A DNA stretch of 64,000 nucleotides. Origin: Dimorphilus gyrociliatus (lineage: Eukaryota > Animalia > Annelida). Shown here in pieces: positions 61,964 to 64,000 of the stretch; positions within the stretch are counted from its first letter, which is position 1, and each line of letters starts with the position of its first letter. The notes beneath the pieces are model-generated. The model ran no database searches, was not told the DNA's origin, and saw nothing but the letters and a program-made list of their open reading frames with translations. The DNA lies in the NCBI GenBank assembly GCA_904063045.1, contig CAJFCJ010000009.1:290942-354941 (forward strand), given 5' to 3'. The position numbers were made by a program, and so were the translations under genes.

Positions 61964-64000
61964 TCACTTTTTTGATAAAAGTTGCGTTATTTTCTTTATA
62001 TTCAAGCTTTGAACCTCTGCTACCGTCAATTGAACATCGAATCGGCGTCCCAATATTTGCCTTATTTCTGTTGTCATCAAAGAGTCCAATCCCATATCTA
62101 TTAGTGCAACGTCTTCGTCTATTGTCATATTATCTTCATCGATACCTAGATTTTATATAAATATAGAGTTTACAGTTGAAGAATTCAGACAATTTAAAGT
62201 AAATAAATTATTACCGAGAACACTATAGATTGCCGAAATTGCTACGTGAACTCTATCTTCATTTTCGTCATTATTTGAGGAATTGCGTTGTTTAACTGGT
62301 ACAATACTACTTAATATCTCCCAATTATTTAAAAGAATATTGTCCAATGTATTTAAATAAGATGCTACTCTTTGTACGCCAATTCCAGTCATGTACCACT
62401 CGTTTCCCGAGAGATTGTTAACTATACAAAATTTTTCCGTCAGACATCATTACTGTTTTACTGAGGAAAACTATCATTGTAGATAACTAACTGTAGATAA
62501 ATAGAACATAGCATATCTCACATTCATGTGAAAAAGTGCTCATAAAAAGAAATTATTGGCGGTAAACAGTGATATTTGCTTAATAGACCACTTTTCGCCT
62601 ACATCATTTTATGATTTTATTCTTCTTAAAAGACAGCAGTACCATTTTTAATACATAACTGTATGATATTATTTTTATTCTTATTTATTTCACAAAAAAG
62701 CATATTTTAATTTATCTATTGGTTTAAAATTTTTGGAAGGGATGATAAAAATTGTCCTGGAACAAATATAATACTCCTAAACACTTCAGGAACGATAAAA
62801 AAAATTGTCTACAAATAAAAGCTCTTGTTGATGTTTCGTGAGGAAAGAGAAAGGATCGCCATCTGTATGTACTTCTCAAATACTGGAAGTACAATTTAAA
62901 TAGTCGTTTGTTACTGTGCGAACAAACACTTCTCTAAGTATTTTAACTAGTTCTTTTCATACTTTTTCACATCCAAAATAAATCTCGTAAAATTGATGAC
63001 AAGCAGTTAACATTTCTATCGCAGATTGTTATCAACTGTTTAAAAGTATAGTACAATTAATTCATATTTCAAACAATTATGTTTTCATTAGTATATTACA
63101 TAAAGAAAAGTTTTGTAATTAAAAGCGTCAAGTATATTGTTACTTATCATAGAATTAATTTAAAATTTCATTTGGGTGTATAACTTCTTTTCTCAATAAA
63201 CATTCCAATTGTATTTTTTGCATTTTTGATATTCTTAACAATCAATTGGTGAATAAAATGTATTATACTTTTTGAAATACTCGCCTATTTGCATTCGTCA
63301 TCTTATGTTACAATGACAGTACAGGCATCGAGTTGTCTCTGTTTTCATTAGCATTATATCTCCTTAACAACCTAAAACAACTGAGTAAACACAAATTAAA
63401 ACTATACTTCTACAGCCTTTATAAATTCATATTTCATTCATAATTGTCTTATTCAAACGTATTTTATCAAAATTAAAAATATTAAATATAGAATTAAAGG
63501 TTAAGTTTATTTTCAAAAAAACAAAACTACTATCATGAAAGGATTGAATGGTATAACATTTATGATACTATATGTGTGGTTTTCTGCTGATGATGCTTTT
63601 TGATTATCCCATTCTTCTTCCGGAAATGCGGTGCTAATCCACTTACTACTCCTCTTTTTTGGTTCTTTAATGACTCTTTGAAGTTTTTCAGTAAACTGAG
63701 GTGAACAAACCATTAGTTCCGGAGAGTGGAAAGCGACACCCGAACTATCAACAATTCTAACAAAGTAGCCCTCATTCTTGAGTTGGTCAGCAAACTCCTT
63801 GACACACTCGAAAGGTCCGCTTACCGTTTGTGTTTCTTCAGAATTATTGCAAGCCGGTACAACGTTTGGTGGACACTTATTCATAGCGTCTTCCCAAGTT
63901 AAACCTACGGCTGCCATTGCTCCCGGCCGAAGGTTTGCATCCTTAATACACTTACCTCTCCAATAGGCGCATAACACAGTTTGTTCTGCAGTCAGTGTCT
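61964..64000 (-). pseudogene. 3' part of a fatty-acid-synthase-like gene with a large internal deletion: AT (MAT) domain, then KR tail and ACP, no thioesterase; either a pseudogene or a reduced KS-AT-ACP gene
   Basis: 63513-64000: AYWRG…GAMAAVGLTW…VPACNNS…TVSGP…VAFHS…RSSKWIST. Exon 62215-62421: QRVASYLNTLDNIL. Exon 61964-62145: MGLDSLMTTEIRQIL (ACP). Only ~1.1 kb lies between AT and the KR tail. Confidence 0.75.

Noticed and set aside
62600-63400. Fragments faintly resembling the post-AT linker of FAS (e.g. SFLKCLGVLY, RDNSMPVLSL)
   Set aside because: They are in different frames, interrupted by stops, and too weak to call as exons by eye

Overview
This is a very AT-rich, gene-dense eukaryotic window with mostly 45-80 nt GT-AG introns. 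The gene set (consortin, KLHL10, LRRC49, ERICH2, ZZZ3, chitin synthase) points to a compact invertebrate genome, probably lophotrochozoan; a miniaturised annelid such as Dimorphilus would fit, but that is inference only. About 18 protein-coding loci are supported: ERICH2, a D-2-hydroxyacid dehydrogenase, MTCH, SLC28, a SAXO-like protein, an orphan, MMD/PAQR, a ~13.6 kb multi-exon coiled-coil gene (FAM186-like C-terminus), PFDN1, LRRC49, SLC22, an Egt2/IPN-epimerase-like PLP enzyme, a PAN-TSP1 membrane protein, chitin synthase, consortin, KLHL10, ZZZ3, SREK1IP1, plus the 3' part of a FAS-like gene. The most notable observations are these. (1) A non-coding spliced host gene at ~650-1850 carries five intronic, 58-nt box C/D snoRNA copies whose two guides appear to pair with two neighbouring segments near the 5' end of 28S rRNA. 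(2) The FAS-like gene goes from the acyltransferase domain to a KR tail and an intact ACP, with the DH/ER/KR core and the thioesterase absent. (3) A run of five phase-0 microexons alternates 30/33 nt (10+11 aa = three heptads) in a coiled coil. (4) Same-strand ORFs are nested inside LRRC49 introns. No CRISPR array, tRNA, rRNA or intact transposon was recognised. All homology calls are from motif recognition by eye, not from database searches.
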